Numbered from the stretch's first letter, positions 12,358 to 25,489 are shown. The stretch: DNA of 64,000 nucleotides from Squalus acanthias (GCA_030390025.1 JASTWF010000180.1:1-64000); one strand, 5' to 3'. Numbers and translations are program-made. Notes: generated by a model from the sequence alone, not told the origin.

Positions 12358-12668
12358 GGGCAACACGGTGGCATAGTGGTTAGCACTGTTGCCTCACAGT
12401 GCCAGGGACCCGGGTTCGAATCCGGCCACGGGTGACTGTCTGTGTGGAGTTTGCACATTCTCCCCATGTCTACGTGGGTTTCCTCCGGGTGCTCCGGTTT
12501 CCTCCCACAGTCCAAAGATGTGCAGGTTAGGTTGATTTGGCTATGATAAATTGACCCTTAGTGTTGGAGGGATTAAATACGTGGGGTTACGGGGATAGGG
12601 TGGGATATGTGTCGGTGCAGGCTCGATGGGCCGAATTGGCCTCTATCTGCACTGTGGTGATTCTGTGA
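12358..12668 (+). mobile_element. tRNA-derived V-SINE (HE1-like)
   Basis: A box TGGCATAGTGG, B box GGTTCGAATCC, V-domain-like TGTGTGGAGTTTGCACATTCTCCCC...GGGTTTCCTCCGGGTGCTCCGGTTTCCTCCCAC, CR1-like 3' tail. Confidence 0.9.
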
Positions 12669-13489
12669 ACTGCCGGCGCGCAGTGCTTGTGTATCCCAGG
12701 GGCATAGTTAGTGCGATGCATCACGTGGGCCATGGAGAGCCAATGGCAGCAGACCATCTTTCATTCATAGATTTGACCGGAAGACCTGTCAAATCTATGA
12801 ATTGAAATCGGCCCCAAAACAACACCTAAACTTCAAATAAATTTTAAAAAAATCCATCACATTTTTAAAATAACTGTAAGTTAAATAAATTAACTACTTT
12901 AAAGAAAAATTTAAATTTTTGAAAAAATTAAAATACTTTTTAACAATGCTAAAAATAAACTTACCTTTCTTTAAAGTATCTAAAAAAGATAAACCTGTTG
13001 AAAAAATGTTAAAATTGTAATTAATTAACCACTTACCTTGTTGAAAACGGGTCTTGCGCCTCCTTTTTAAAAGCGCAGCTTCTTCACTACTTACCCTCCC
13101 TGAGAAACCTCAAAAAAAACCTAAGTTCGCTGCATGCCCGCAGCCTCTACCACGCACGCGGTTCACCTCTGAACCGCTCCCTTCACGAGACCGGAAGTTC
13201 CGGTTTCCCGCGCATGCGCAGTGCATGCAGGAAGCCGGCGCGTACTCACCCGGCAAGTGCCGAATTTTTGGCCCATTATCTTTAACAAGTGCTGGGAGTA
13301 AACCTGTCCCTGTTATTCGTAAACTAACAGATTGTATTTTAATAGTCCAAATCTAAATGGTGATTGAATCCTCTGCGGGTTTCTCACGGTTGTGTCCCTG
13401 ATGGTTCTGAGGCCCATCGGTTGAATTATTGCATTCCATCGGTTGACGTCACATTGCCTCTCACACAGAACACATTTACACAGAGCGGG

Positions 13490-14010
13490 GAAGAATGCGT
13501 GTAAAGTGAGTGTGTCTGTGTTTATGTTTAAGTGTTTTTGCGATTTTGTGTAAGTGTGTGTGTTTTTGTGTCAGTGCACACTTACACACAAGCAAACACA
13601 GATTTACACACAAACACACACATTAACACACTGACACAGTATATTACACATACCCAGAATATAATACACAGCGTCATTATCAGACCCAGTTATTGGTACT
13701 CTCTGAAACTTTGAACAATAGCAGAAATACACACACACACGCTTACACAAAACACACGCATTCACACAAACACGCATGCATAAGCACAAACACATACACA
13801 ATTACACACAAACACACACACATACAGGCAAACACACACAGTTGCACCTACATACGCACGCGCTGACATGTAAATATAGACAAACACTTATACAAAACAC
13901 GCACACACTTAAACATAAATACACACACACTTACACATCAACACACACATTAACACAGAAACTCAGACTAAACCAAAACAAAAGTTCGTCATACACACAA
14001 ACACAATCAC
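13490..14010. repeat. Degenerate (CA)n/(TG)n-rich simple repeat
   Basis: Visible ACAC/TGTG low complexity. Confidence 0.85.
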
Positions 14011-14651
14011 TAAAGCGCCCAAAAAACGTCAGGCTATCGACGAATGTAGAATTAAAATGCAGTTTTTACGGACACTGTCTTCAACGATTGTACTGAATAA
14101 ATAATTCCTGATAACGTAACATCTCACATTTCTCTATTCTGGTCCTACTCATACACTGAATCAATGTTCTTGTTGGAAACTGATGCAAGTTAATTATGTT
14201 CAGAGCATTACCATAAGAAACAAATAATCAAGATTATAACTCACATCTGATCTCTTTCCCAGCCCCCTTGACAGTCTCCAAATAACTATCTATAAAAACC
14301 TGTCGTTAAAATAATCGATATCAGTCAGTAAACATCCCTCGATATTTTATCGTATTATTCCCGACTGATAAATCGTAGGAAATTAATGCAAAATCAATTT
14401 GCGTATGTCATTGAAGAAAAAATGTCATATTTTCCAACACGGACTATAGGAGGATCATAAAGGAAGATCGACTGTGGAGTTAGGAACAGAGATAGATTGC
14501 TGAGAGTGATTAAATTAACACAAGATATACATTAAAAATTGAATTAGAGAACAAACTAATAACTTAAGGAAAAGAAAGGAGAATATATAATAATATGATA
14601 TCTTGGATTAATAAACGATCTGAATATATTTCCGCCTCTACATCCCCGTAG

Positions 14652-14779
14652 ATTCCTCAGACCACATCCTGATTGAAGACTATGAGGAAGAGAGCGGCAA
14701 CATCTGGACAACCGCTTCCACATTCATCATCCTGTTCGTCCTGAGCATTTCGTACAGCGCTGCCGTCACTCTCGTGAAG
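14652..14779 (+). CDS. IGHM: IgM transmembrane exon TM1
   Basis: Acceptor ccgtAG 14650-14651, donor GTGAGA 14780. (D)SSDHILIEDYEEESGNIWTTASTFIILFVLSISYSAAVTLVK: acidic extracellular spacer plus a CART-type Ig TM helix. Not in the ORF track. Confidence 0.95.
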
Positions 14780-14792
14780 GTGAGAAGTGGAA

Positions 14793-17700
14793 GGAGCCGC
14801 ACCGCGGGATACACTCACTGGAAGGAGACGCACCGTCGGACACACTCACTAGAAGGAGACGCACCGCTGGACACACTCACTGGAAGGAGACACACTAAAA
14901 GGAGGACGGGATCCAGGAGCGAGAACGAGGCCCAGGAGCGAGTTCGGGACCCAGGAGCGAGGTCGAGGTCCAGGAGCGAGGACGAGGCCCAGGGGCGAGG
15001 ACGGAGCCCAGGAGAGAGATCGAGGCCCAGGGGCGAGGTCGGGACCCAGGAGCGAGAACGGGGCCCAGGAGCGAGGTCGGGACCCAGGAGCGAGGACGAG
15101 GCCCAGGAGCGAGGACGAGCCCAGCAGCGAGGTCGAGGCCCAGGAGTGGCGCAGCGTGGATCAGCAGCGGGGTCGGGGGGACCACACTGCAGCGTGTGAA
15201 ACCCAGGCAGAGAGGATCTGCGGGAGGAGGGAGGAGGGCATTTGGAGTATGTTTGTGTGTGTGTGCTAGGCCGATGTAGCAGAGCCTGGTCTCCAATCGC
15301 CTTGGATCCCCTTGCCATTGGACCAATACCTTGCTTTGTCAAGCCCGTGCGGTAGCTGGTGTGCAACGGCCACTCCACATTAAAATAACTCACGCACAGG
15401 CATCTTCCACCCTTTAAAATGAAGTTCGGGACCTGGAAATGTCAGGACTCTCGTGGATAACCCCAACAGCGACAGGCCGGAATGCTGTACTGGTATCGTT
15501 GCCCGGGAGCTCAGACATTTCGACATTGACATCACCGCCCTAAGCGAGACCCAGCGGGCAGGATAAGGCCAGCTCAAGGAGCAAGGCGGTGGTTACACCT
15601 TATTCTGGAAAGGCAAACCTGAAGAAGAACGCCGCCTCCATGGGATAGGCTTCGCCATGAAATATGAGCTACTTGAACGTCTCAGAGACTCCCCTTGTGG
15701 AATAAACGAATGCCTCATGATTGTACGGCTCACCCTAGCCCAGAAGCAGTGCGCTACAGTCATCAGTGCGTACGCCCCAACACTGGAAGCCACAGACGAG
15801 ACCAAAGAGGAATTCTACTTCAGTCTCCAACAATCCCTGTCCCGAGTCCCAAAGGGCGACAAGCTGATCCTCCTTGGCGACTTCAACACCAGAGTTGGAA
15901 AGGACACAGACCTCTGGGGAGGTGTGATCAGCAGAGAGGGGTAGGGAAAGCCAACTCAAACGGTAACCTCCTGACTAAATGCTTAGAACCTGGCCTTGTC
16001 AAAACCAACACCTTGTTCCATCAGAGAGACAAGTACAAGGCTTCAAGGCAACACCCTCGCTCCAAACACTGGCATCTGCTGGACTACATCATCGTCCGAG
16101 CGAGGGACCGCAAGGACGTCCACATCACCCGCACCATGACAGGAGCTGATGACTGCTGGACAGACCACCGCCTAATCTGCTCTGTCATCTCCATCAATGT
16201 AGCCCCAAAACAGCGTCAGCAACAGAAATAATGGCGCAGGAAAATCAACGCTGGAGCACTCAAACACCCTGCTGAGAAAGCCCTATTCAGCCTGCGCTTC
16301 ACAAACAACCTGACGGCTCCCAGTGATTCCGAGACAAAAGTGTCCACAGCGCCTGGTCTGCACTCAAGGCCTCCATAATCAGCACCTATGAACAGACGCT
16401 CGGTCACTCGACCAGGAAACAACAAGACTGGTTCGACGAGAACGACCAGGAGATCCAGGAGCTAATAAGCCGCAAGCGCAAGGCATTCCTGATCTGGAAA
16501 CAGCAACAGAACTGGAGAGCAAGAAAGCAGCTCTACAGACGCCTGAAGGCCGAGGTCCAACAAAAACTGGCGACCTAAAGAACAGATGGTGGGTGGAGAA
16601 AGCGCAGGAGGTCCAGCAGCTAGCCGACAACCACAACGTGCGTAGATTCTTTAGCGCAGTCAAGACCACCTAAGGCCCAAGCACCCAAGGTCCTACCCCA
16701 CTGCGGGCCAAGAACAGAGAGGTACTCATCAAGGACAGAGAGGCAGTCAGTGCCCGCTGGAAGGAGCACTTCGAAGATTTCCTTAACCGAGACTCTGTCT
16801 TCGAAGCGAGTGTCCTCAACTCCATCCCGCAGCATGCTACCCGCAACCACCTCAGCACAACCCCAGCCCGGCATGAGGTTGAAAAGGCCATCCGACAACT
16901 GAAGAACAACAAGGCCTCAGGAGCAGATGGAATCCCCACCGAGGCGCTGAAGCATGGCAGAGAAGCACTATTGGCGCAAATTCAGGAACTGATTTCTCTT
17001 ATATGGAAGAAGGAGAGCATGTCAGGGGATCTCAGAGACGCCGTAATGGTGACCATCTTCAAGAAAGGTGACAAGTCCGATTGCGGTAATTACAGAGGAG
17101 TCTCCCTGCTGACTGCCACAGGGAAAGTCTTCGCAAGAATCCTCCTCAATCGACTTCTCCCAGTGGCTGAAGAGGACCTCCCAGAGTCGCAATGAGGATT
17201 CCAGCCCACTTAGGGGCACAATGGACATGATCTTCACCGCGCGTCAACTACAAGAGAAATGCAGGGAACAACACCAACCGCTATACATCACCTTATTTGA
17301 CCTCACAAAGGCCTTCGACACCATCAACCGTGAGGGATTATGGAGTGTCCTCCTCAAATTCGGCTGCCCTCAAAAGTTTGCCACCATCCTCTGCCTGCTT
17401 CACGACGACATGCAAGCCATGATCCTGACCAACGGATCTACCACGGACCTAATTCACGTACGGACTGGGGTCAAGCAAGGCTGTGTCATTGCACCAACCG
17501 GCTTCTCGATCTTCCTGGCTGCAATGCTCCATCTCACCCTCAGTAAGCTCCCCGCTAGAGTGGAGCTAATCTACAGAACAAACGGAAAACTGTTCAACCT
17601 CCGTCGCCTCCAGTCCAGATCCAAGGTCGTCCCATCCTCTGTCATTGAATTACAGTATGCAGACGACGCTTGTGTCTGAGCACACTCTGAGGCCGAACTC

Positions 17701-18640
17701 CAAACCATCGTCAACACCTTCACCGAAGCATACGAGAGCATGGGCCTTACACTAAACATCCGTAAGACCAACCTGCCCCCGCCACAAAGTACTGCCCCCC
17801 GATTATCAAAATCCATGACGAGGCCTTGGACAAGGTAGACCACTTTCCATACCTCGACAGCCTACTGCCAACAATGGCAGACGTCGATGACGAAGACCAA
17901 CACCGCCTTCAGTGTGCCAGTGCAGCCTTCGGTCGCCTGAGGAAGAGAGTGTTTGAAGACCAGGACCACAAACCCAGCACCATGCTCATGGTCTACAGAG
18001 CAGCAGTGATACGCCCTGCTGTATGCCTCAGAGACATGGACCATGTACAGCAGGCACCTCAAAGCACTGGAGAGGTACCACCAACGCACCTCCGCAAGAT
18101 CCTGCAAATCCATTGACAGGATAGGCGCACCAACGTCAGTGTTCTCGCTCAGGCCAACATCCCCAGCATCGAAGCTCTGACCACGCTCGATCAGCTCCGA
18201 TGGACGGGCCACATCGTCCGCATGCCCGATACGAGACTCCCAAAACAAGCGCTCTACTCGGAGCTCCGACACGGCAAGAGAGCCCCAGGTGGGCAGAGGA
18301 AACGCTTCCAGGACACCCTCAAAGCCTCCTTGAAAAAGTGCAACATCCCCACCGATACCTGGGAATCCCTGGCCCAAGATCACACAAAGTGGAGAAGAAG
18401 CATCCGTGAAGGCGCCGAACACCTCGCATCTCTTCGCTGGGAGCAAGTGGAAGCCAAGCGCAAAGAGCAGAAGGAGCGCACGTCAACCCAAGCACCCCAC
18501 CCACCCGCCCCTTCAACTACCGTCTGCCCCACCTGTGACAGAGACAGTAGGTCCCGCATTGGGCTCATCAGTCACCTGAGAACCCATTGTTAGTGTGGAA
18601 ACAAGTCATCCTCGGTTCCCAGGGACTGCCTAAGATGAGA
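14793..18640 (+). mobile_element. RTE-clade LINE, apparently full length but disrupted, in the TM1-TM2 intron
   Basis: GC-rich tandem-repeat 5' region. APE starts at 15419 (MKFGTW..., SAYAPT, LGDFN, WTDH), RT motifs (GNYRGVSLL, DLTKAFD, GVKQGCVIAP, YADD), RTE C-terminus (MPDTRLPKQALYSEL, C2H2-like CPTC...HLRTH). Several stops and frameshifts. Confidence 0.92.
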
Positions 18641-18775
18641 AGAAGTTGAAAAGACTCAATCCATTCACACTTCGATCTGACTGAAGTGGTTTGACAAAGT
18701 TTCATTGATAAAACCCTGAGATAAATGCCACAATCCACTAAATCTCTACTTCATTCTTTTATCTCGCTGTCACAG

Positions 18776-18784
18776 GTCAAGTGA
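18776..18784 (+). CDS. IGHM: IgM transmembrane exon TM2 (VK*), followed by 3'UTR
   Basis: Polypyrimidine tract and cacAG, then GTC AAG TGA, completing the canonical KVK cytoplasmic tail. AATAAA at 18847-18852 and 19220-19225. Confidence 0.85.
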   Translation, partial: VK

Positions 18785-19612
18785 ACGGTTGAATTTGGAC
18801 GCCGTGGATTTTCCTCATCTGTTTATTAACATCTCTGTGTCATGAAAATAAAATATGTCCTCTTGGTGATTCTCAGCGTCAAATGTCTTCAGTTAATAGA
18901 TCCGAATCTGTAGCTGAGAAAATCATAACCGGGATTTCCGTCTCTCTGTTTGAAACGTGTGAGATCATCGTGACTATAATGCAAATGCATCTTACAGTTC
19001 TTTGAATGTTTCATGTGTAAATAATACCTTTTCTCGTTCCTAATTCACAATTGTTCCCTTCCCTTTATGTAGAGCCCCTGTTTTCTCTCCCTCTGATGTC
19101 TGTTACAGTTGTACAGATAACTGGCAGCTCAGACCACCTGTGATCTGGTCTCAATGTGACGCTCAGTTGTTATATTCACTTTGATGTTAACTTTTTAAAA
19201 ACGTCTCTGTAAAATTATTAATAAATCTGGAATGACAAATTAACTAACTTGGACTTTGCTGAATTACTTTCTCCAAGGCTCCTCCACACCGCTCCCTTTG
19301 CCTATCACACTTTGTTTTATTTCCCTGACAGGTATTTTTCACCCGTCCTGTCTGGGTTGTATTTGAACCCAAGTCTCTCCTGTTAAGGAGCCACTGCCGC
19401 CACCCAGTGTCCCATCAGAGTAACGACACCTTTACCCCTGCCTTTTCATGTCAAGGCCCAGAGGCGGAATGACTGCACAGCGACCTCGCAGTCCCCTCTA
19501 ATATTATGGTCTGTCACAGTCACATGACAGGTTCTATTAAAGAGCAGGGCTCTGCTCCATCACAGCCCTACAGTACAGTACATGGCAGAGCAAATCTCCC
19601 TCTACACTGTCC

Positions 19613-19725
19613 CTACATTACAACAGTGATTACACTTCAAAAAGTACTTAATTGGCTGTGAAACGCTTTGGGACGTCCGGTGGTCGTGAAAGGCGCTATA
19701 TAAATGAAAGTCTTTATTTTTCTTT
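19613..19725 (+). mobile_element. 3' fragment of Deu-SINE family
   Basis: Near-identical to the 3' end of the SINE at 24345-24805 (tacattacaacagtga...gaaaggcgctatataaatg). Confidence 0.75.
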
Positions 19726-20269
19726 CTTTCCCATCAAACACGCCCAGGGCAGGTACAGCATGGGTTACATATCTGACACAGGCACACCAGGAAGCACAAA
19801 CACTGGGAATGATTCCCAGAGACTGGGCCGAACTGACACACAGACTCTATCGCCATCTGTTTTGTTTACACACACTCAGACGCCCAAGGCAGAGAGGAAA
19901 GAAGGAGAGACTGTATTTGATAGAGAGCAGGTGAGGGATCAAGCGGTGCCCACAGGTACATTTGGAACTTTCTGCGGCCGGTGGTCACCGCTGAATACAG
20001 GTTTTATGAAAGACGGGCAAAATTCAATTATTATGGAATATCATTTTGGTTTTGTTCAGCCAAGTGTGCGAGTGGAGCCCTCCTCTCGGGATGGGCACCA
20101 TAGAATGTATTTTTATTTTGGATTCGCCCCTTTAAAGGAGACCCGAGTCCAAATGTTTCACACGGACCGAGGAATAAAGTAGGCCGAGCTCTGTGGTAAC
20201 CAGTTCCAACCCTTCTCCAATCTTAGCCACACACATTAACCCTGACCCTCTGTCTCCTGTATCCCTGTT

Positions 20270-20470
20270 GATCTGTCTACCTGCTCTGCTCAATCTACCT
20301 GAACTCACCTAACTTCACCCCAGGGACCATTTCTTGCTGCTCTGCTCAATGCCCTCTGAAACCATCTACCCGAACTCAATGAACATCACCCCAGGGATCC
20401 TATCTTCCTGCTCTGCTCCATTCCCTCTGATACCATCTACCCGAACTCACTGAACATCACTCCAGGGTTC
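20270..20470. repeat. Three degenerate ~63-bp tandem repeats
   Basis: tctacc(c/t)gaactca...catcac(c/t)ccaggg...ctgctctgctc repeated. Confidence 0.65.
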
Positions 20471-21524
20471 CGTCAGTGACCTTAAGATCTTCTCTCCCTG
20501 TTTCACTGAAGTTTCGCTCCTCCTCCTTTACCGTCTTATCGGATTCTTTCGGAGCCTCCCGTCCACCTGAACATCTCCAGAGGTTTCTGACCAGGCCCGA
20601 GTATCTTCCTGAATGTTCCTTCTGCTGGGGCGCTGCTTTTCCTCGAAACTCCCGGAGTTCAGGCGTGATGTCTCTTGTGGTTAAATAGCACATCAGGGTA
20701 AGGGAGGGAAGAATTAGCGGCCCTTCTGCAGGGCTCGGAAGGAAGTTTGGGAATGGATGGAGTTGGTGTTGAAACTGTCTCTGCCGCAGTCTCTCTCCCT
20801 CCCCTCTAAGCTACAATTACTTTTAGCAACCATCACTATGTCTCCCCGTCCCTGTCCTGACCCCAGGCTCGAGGACTCTCTGGCGGTGCAGGGCCCCTTT
20901 AAGACGCCCCGGGGTGACACATTCCCCCGTGGTCGGAGCCCTGAGTCAGGGGTCACAGACTGCTCAAACTGGAACACTTTAGCTTAGAGTGGACGCTGTA
21001 GACTGCCCCTGACTCTGTCCGTGACTGAATGTGAAAAGCAGCCAATTACGGTACTGTGACATTTAGAATGGATTGTGGCGTCATCCACTGCAGGGCAAAG
21101 CGGCGGCGGCCATGTTTGTGTGACGTGCGATGTGACGTGTAACTTCAATTTCCACGAAAGAAAAAGTCTCCCTTTCTTAATAAAAAGGAAAAAAAATGCG
21201 ACAGAGATAAAGATACAGATAGCGACTTTTAACGCGGTTGACGAGTGGCGCATGTGCGAATAGTGCTCCCATTGTGCAGCGCGGCCCGTGGTCGACAAAG
21301 GAGCTTTTCTGGTCCGCTGTGCATTGTGGGAAACTCTGTCCTGCATGGCCGCTTTAATCATTGATAGGGTGTGATACAACTGAACCACTGAATGGCAATT
21401 TATACCAGCCTCCAGAGGGAAAGCTGAAGCACGGACAGAGCTCATTAAATATCCGGGTTCGAAGGAATACACTGAAAGAAATAACACACACAGGCAGAAT
21501 ATGGGAACCAGATCCTGTCCTATA

Positions 21525-22710
21525 GGGGAGGTGAGAGTGACTGCCCTTGACATTAAGGCAGCATTTGACCGAGTGTGGCATCAAGGAGCCCTAGTAAAAG
21601 TGAAGTCAATGGGAATTGGGGGAAAACTCTCCACCGGCGGGAATCATACCCAGCACAAAGGAAGATGGTTGTGTTGGTTGAAAGTCAATCAACACAGCCC
21701 CAGGAAATCGCTGCAGGAATTCCTCAGGGCAGTGACCTAGGCCCAACCATCTTCAACTGCTTTATCAATGACTTCCCTCCAACATAAGGTCAGAAATGGG
21801 GATGTTCGCTGATGACTGCACTGTGTTCAGTGCCATTCACAACTCCTCAGATAATGAAGTAGTCCATGCCCGCATGTAACAAGACCTGGACAACGTTCAG
21901 GCTTGGGCTGATAAGTGGCAGGGAACATTCGCGCCACACAAGTGCCAGTCAATGACTATCTCCAACAAGCGAGAGTCTAATCACGGCAATTTGACATTCA
22001 ACGGCATTACCATTGCCAAATCCCACACCATTAACATCGTGGGGGGTCACCATTGACCAGAAACTTAACTGGACCAGCCCCATAAATACTGTGGCAACAA
22101 GAGCAGGTCAGAGGCTAGGTATTTTGCGGCAAATATCTCACCTCCTGAATCCCCAAAGCCTTTCTAACATCTACAAGGCACAAGTAAGGAGTGTGATGGA
22201 ATACTCTCCACTTGCCTGGATGAGTGCAGCTCCAACAACACTCAAGAAGCTCAACACCATCCAGGACAAAGCAGCCCGCTTGATTGGCACCCCATCCACC
22301 ACCTTAAACTTTCACTCCCTCCACCACCGGCGCACCGTGGCTGCAGTGTGTACCATCTACAAGATGCACTGCAGCAACTTGCCAAGGCTTCTTCGACAGC
22401 AGCTCCCAAACCCGCGACCTCTTCCTCCTAGAAAGACAAGGGCAGCAGTTGCATGGACACACCACCACCTTCAAGCTCCCATCCAAGTCACACACCTACC
22501 CGACATGGAAATATATAACCGATCCTTCATCGTCCCTGGGTCAAAATCCTCGAACTCCCTCCCTAACAGCACTGTGGGAGTACCATCACCACACGGACTG
22601 CAGCGGTTCAAGATGGCGGCTCACCACCACCTTCTCAAGGGCAATTAGGGATGGCCAATAAATGCTGGCCTTGCCAGGAACACCCACATCCCATAAACGA
22701 ATAAAAAAAC
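21525..22710 (+). mobile_element. L2/CR1-group LINE 3' fragment (second family)
   Basis: VRVTALDIKAAFDRVWH, PQGS.LGP, FADD, YKAQVRSVMEYSPLAW; A-rich 3' end. Confidence 0.88.
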
Positions 22711-23092
22711 GGAGCGACCAGCAGGAAGTTCCTGGCGCTGTCAGCAACCTCTTTCTCGGAGCTGATCTGAACATTGATCTATGACTTTAAGGGAAAACAG
22801 CTGATCAGCAGCAGAAAGGACAGTTTAACCGGTCGGTTCATTCTGTGATCGATCTTTCGGGCCGATTGGATTCTGCAGTTTGTTTTCTCGGCCGCTCCTG
22901 GAAACAGTTGGGTGACAGTTTGATCCGAGGTTAATTTGGTTTCCTCTCGGTGTGTGTTTGAGCGCCTGACAGCGCGCTGCACATTGTGGCTGCATCTGCC
23001 CGCGATTCCACACAACCCCAACAGACAGGAGCTCCGCCCTACAGTCCAATGGCAGTTTTTGTCCGGGGGTGAGACTGCTTTCCATCACTGTG

Positions 23093-23556
23093 AGTCTCAG
23101 AGCGCAGTAATACACGGCAGCGTCAGTCAGCTGCAGCCCGGAGATGGTTAAACTGGTGAATTTAGTCGAGGTCTGGAGCACAGCTGAGAAACGGGTTTTA
23201 GCAAAATCTGCTTTATCTTCAGAACCGCTCGAGTATTTCCACAGTATAAACTCGGGCTGTGTGTCTGGGTGTTGCCGGTACCAGTATAAATAATAGCCGC
23301 TCACTGTAGTATCATAGGTACAGCTTAAAGTCACCGCTTCTCCTTCTGTCTTAACTCCTGAGGACAGCGGCTGAGTGACAGAATCTCCAAGACTCAGATC
23401 TGAAAAACATGTTCAAACAGGAAAAGATCAGACCGGCGGGTGTTTAAAATTCAGATTTAAATCATATCAGAAATGAGAGAAAAGATTAAATGTGTTTGGT
23501 CCACAATTACCTGTCAGAAATGCCCCCCACACAGCCCAGATGCTGAGTAGCCGCAT
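23093..23556 (-). CDS. TCR alpha/delta-type V segment V1 (intact): leader 23556-23511, V exon 23399-23093
   Basis: Leader MRLLSIWAVWGAFLT|GTAATT. V: DSVTQ...TLSCTY...LYWYRQ...RFS...LTISGLQLTDAAVYYCALR. RSS CACAGTG(23092-23086)-23-ACAAAAACT(23062-23054). Confidence 0.93.
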
Positions 23557-24344
23557 TGTCGCTGTCCGCTCTGTAAAGGGGGGTTGGATATTTGAAGACT
23601 CCCGTTCTAATCTCCGCCCTCAATAATCTGCTGTCGTGTCTCAGGATGCTCTCACCTCACTTCCTGGTGTTCCCAGTGGTGCTGTGAGACCGGTAGGTGG
23701 TGAGCTGGCTGCCAGTGAATGGAAGCACCCCGAGCTGGGCTTCTGTCAGTATCCTTATAGGGGAATGGTTCCGCTTTTAGAGACCGGGGGTGGGAATGAA
23801 ACTTTTGTCTGCTTATTGTAACCTGGAAGCAGAGGGTTATTAATGGGTTTGGTTGATTCCGGAGTCAATTCGTTCTCTAGAATTCGGTTCCCACTGTAAG
23901 GAAATCCCGTCAGGATCCAGTGCGGGTTCAGCACGACCGACAATATCTGTTGGTACAGCCGACTGGTGAGCGAGGCCCCGAGATACATCCATTGTGGGTT
24001 CAAAGGAGAGCGCCATCAAGGCCGGTAAAAGAGCAGCATAAATTCTCACACTGGTTGATTCTATTATCGAAATGCTCATTCTAAATAATCATGCAAGGCA
24101 CTGCTGGACAGAGCGATCAGAAACATTTTCCTGCTCTGATTATCATGTCCTTAAGTAATGATACTGACCAGAAGAAATTACCCGCGATTAACCTCAAAGG
24201 AAATTAAAGGAGAGCGTTTAAATGGCTAGAGCGATGTTATTTTGACAGCTGTTTTAAAAGATGCATTAATCATCTGTTCAGCTGAGTTCTTGCTTTCTTT
24301 CGTTCTTCCTTTTTCTCTCTTTCCCTCTTTTTTCACTTTGTGTC

Positions 24345-24805
24345 AGCCAGTGGCTCAGTTGGTAGCACCCTCGCCTCTGAATCAGAACAGTTGTTGGTTC
24401 AAGTCCCACTCCAGAGACTTAAACACAGCAATCTAGGCTAATACTCGAGTGCAGTGCTGAGGGAGTGCTGCACTGTCGGAGGTGCCGTCTTTCAGATGGG
24501 ACGTTAAACCAAGGACCCGTCTGTGTTCTCAGGTGGACGTAAAAGATCCCATATCACTATTTCAAAGAAGAGCGGGGGAGTTCTCCCTGGTCAATATTTA
24601 TCCCTCAATAAACATCATTAAGAAAAGCAGATTATCCGGTCATTATCACATTGCTGTTTGTGGGAGCTTGCTGAGCACGACTTGGCTGCCGCGTTTCCTA
24701 CATTACAACAGTGACTGCACTTCAAAAAGTACTTTATTGGCTGTAAAGAGCTTTGCGACGTCCGGTGGTCGTGGAAGGCGCTATATAAATGCAAGACTTT
24801 CTTTC
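24345..24805 (+). mobile_element. tRNA-headed Deu-domain SINE (SacSINE1-like)
   Basis: A box TGGCTCAGTTGG, B box GGTTCAAGTCC, Deu-like core (cactgtcggaggtgccgtctttc...gacgtaaaagatccca...cattgctgtttgtggg). Confidence 0.85.
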
Positions 24806-25197
24806 TATTTTTATTTTCTTAATAGTTTCCAAAATGAATGTGTATAAATATAGATATAAAAGAATAAACAACTAACAACGTGTGCTGAAAAGGCGGAAGA
24901 TGAGGCTAAGTGGATGGTTTTTCAGAGGGCCCTCGAGGTGGTCCCAATGGTCTAGGGGCAGGGGAAGGGAACGAATGTGTGTCTTTCAGAGAGACGGCGC
25001 TGAGACGATGATTTGCAAAATGTTCTAATTCCATCTCAACCTTTCAGTCGCTAACTGGCTTCCGGTGCAGTGCAATGTATTATGTGTCTGCATATTAACT
25101 GTTGTTGATTTCCAGTTGGTTTGAGTGATTAGAGCCCAACTGATTGGTTGTCACTCTCTATCGATAATAGTTGGACCATATTTCCCATGTTTTCTAG

Positions 25198-25489
25198 ACG
25201 GTTGCCTTGCAGATGAAGTGCTATAATCGCCGGTCTCCAAAACAGTCCAGCTGGGAGATCCGGCGCAGTTCGATTGCAGCTACACCACCTCCGGGATATC
25301 CGCCTTCCACTGGTACAAGCAGAGCCCGAATGGACGGCTGCAGCGGGTCATCACCAGCACAAGGAGCGGCAAAGACGTGGTCGGACGGTTGGAGATCGTG
25401 CTTGAAACTAGCGAAAAGCGAGGCTATTTCGCTTTCAGAAGGACGGAGGCGCCGGATTCCGCCGTCTATTACTGTGTAATCCAGGCACT
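25198..25489 (+). pseudogene. TCR V segment V2, nonsense codon in FR1
   Basis: DEVL*SPVSKTVQLGDPAQFDCSY...FHWYKQ...DSAVYYCVIQ, with TAA at 25224-25226. RSS CACTGTG(25490-25496)-23-ACAAAAACC(25520-25528). No clean leader found. Confidence 0.88.

Larger units (their letters stand above)
8844..13279. mobile_element. Possible non-autonomous DNA transposon (MITE-like) split by the CR1 and SINE
   Basis: Imperfect terminal inverted repeats TATTGGCCCAGAAATT (8844-8859) and AATTTTTGGCCCATTA (13263-13278), 13/16 matching. GC-rich non-LINE sequence lies on both sides of the CR1. Confidence 0.4.

Noticed and set aside
19652-21553. ORFs 19652-20182(+) and 20984-21553(-) as genes
   Set aside because: They start inside SINE/LINE fragments, show no recognisable domain and have no supported exon structure.
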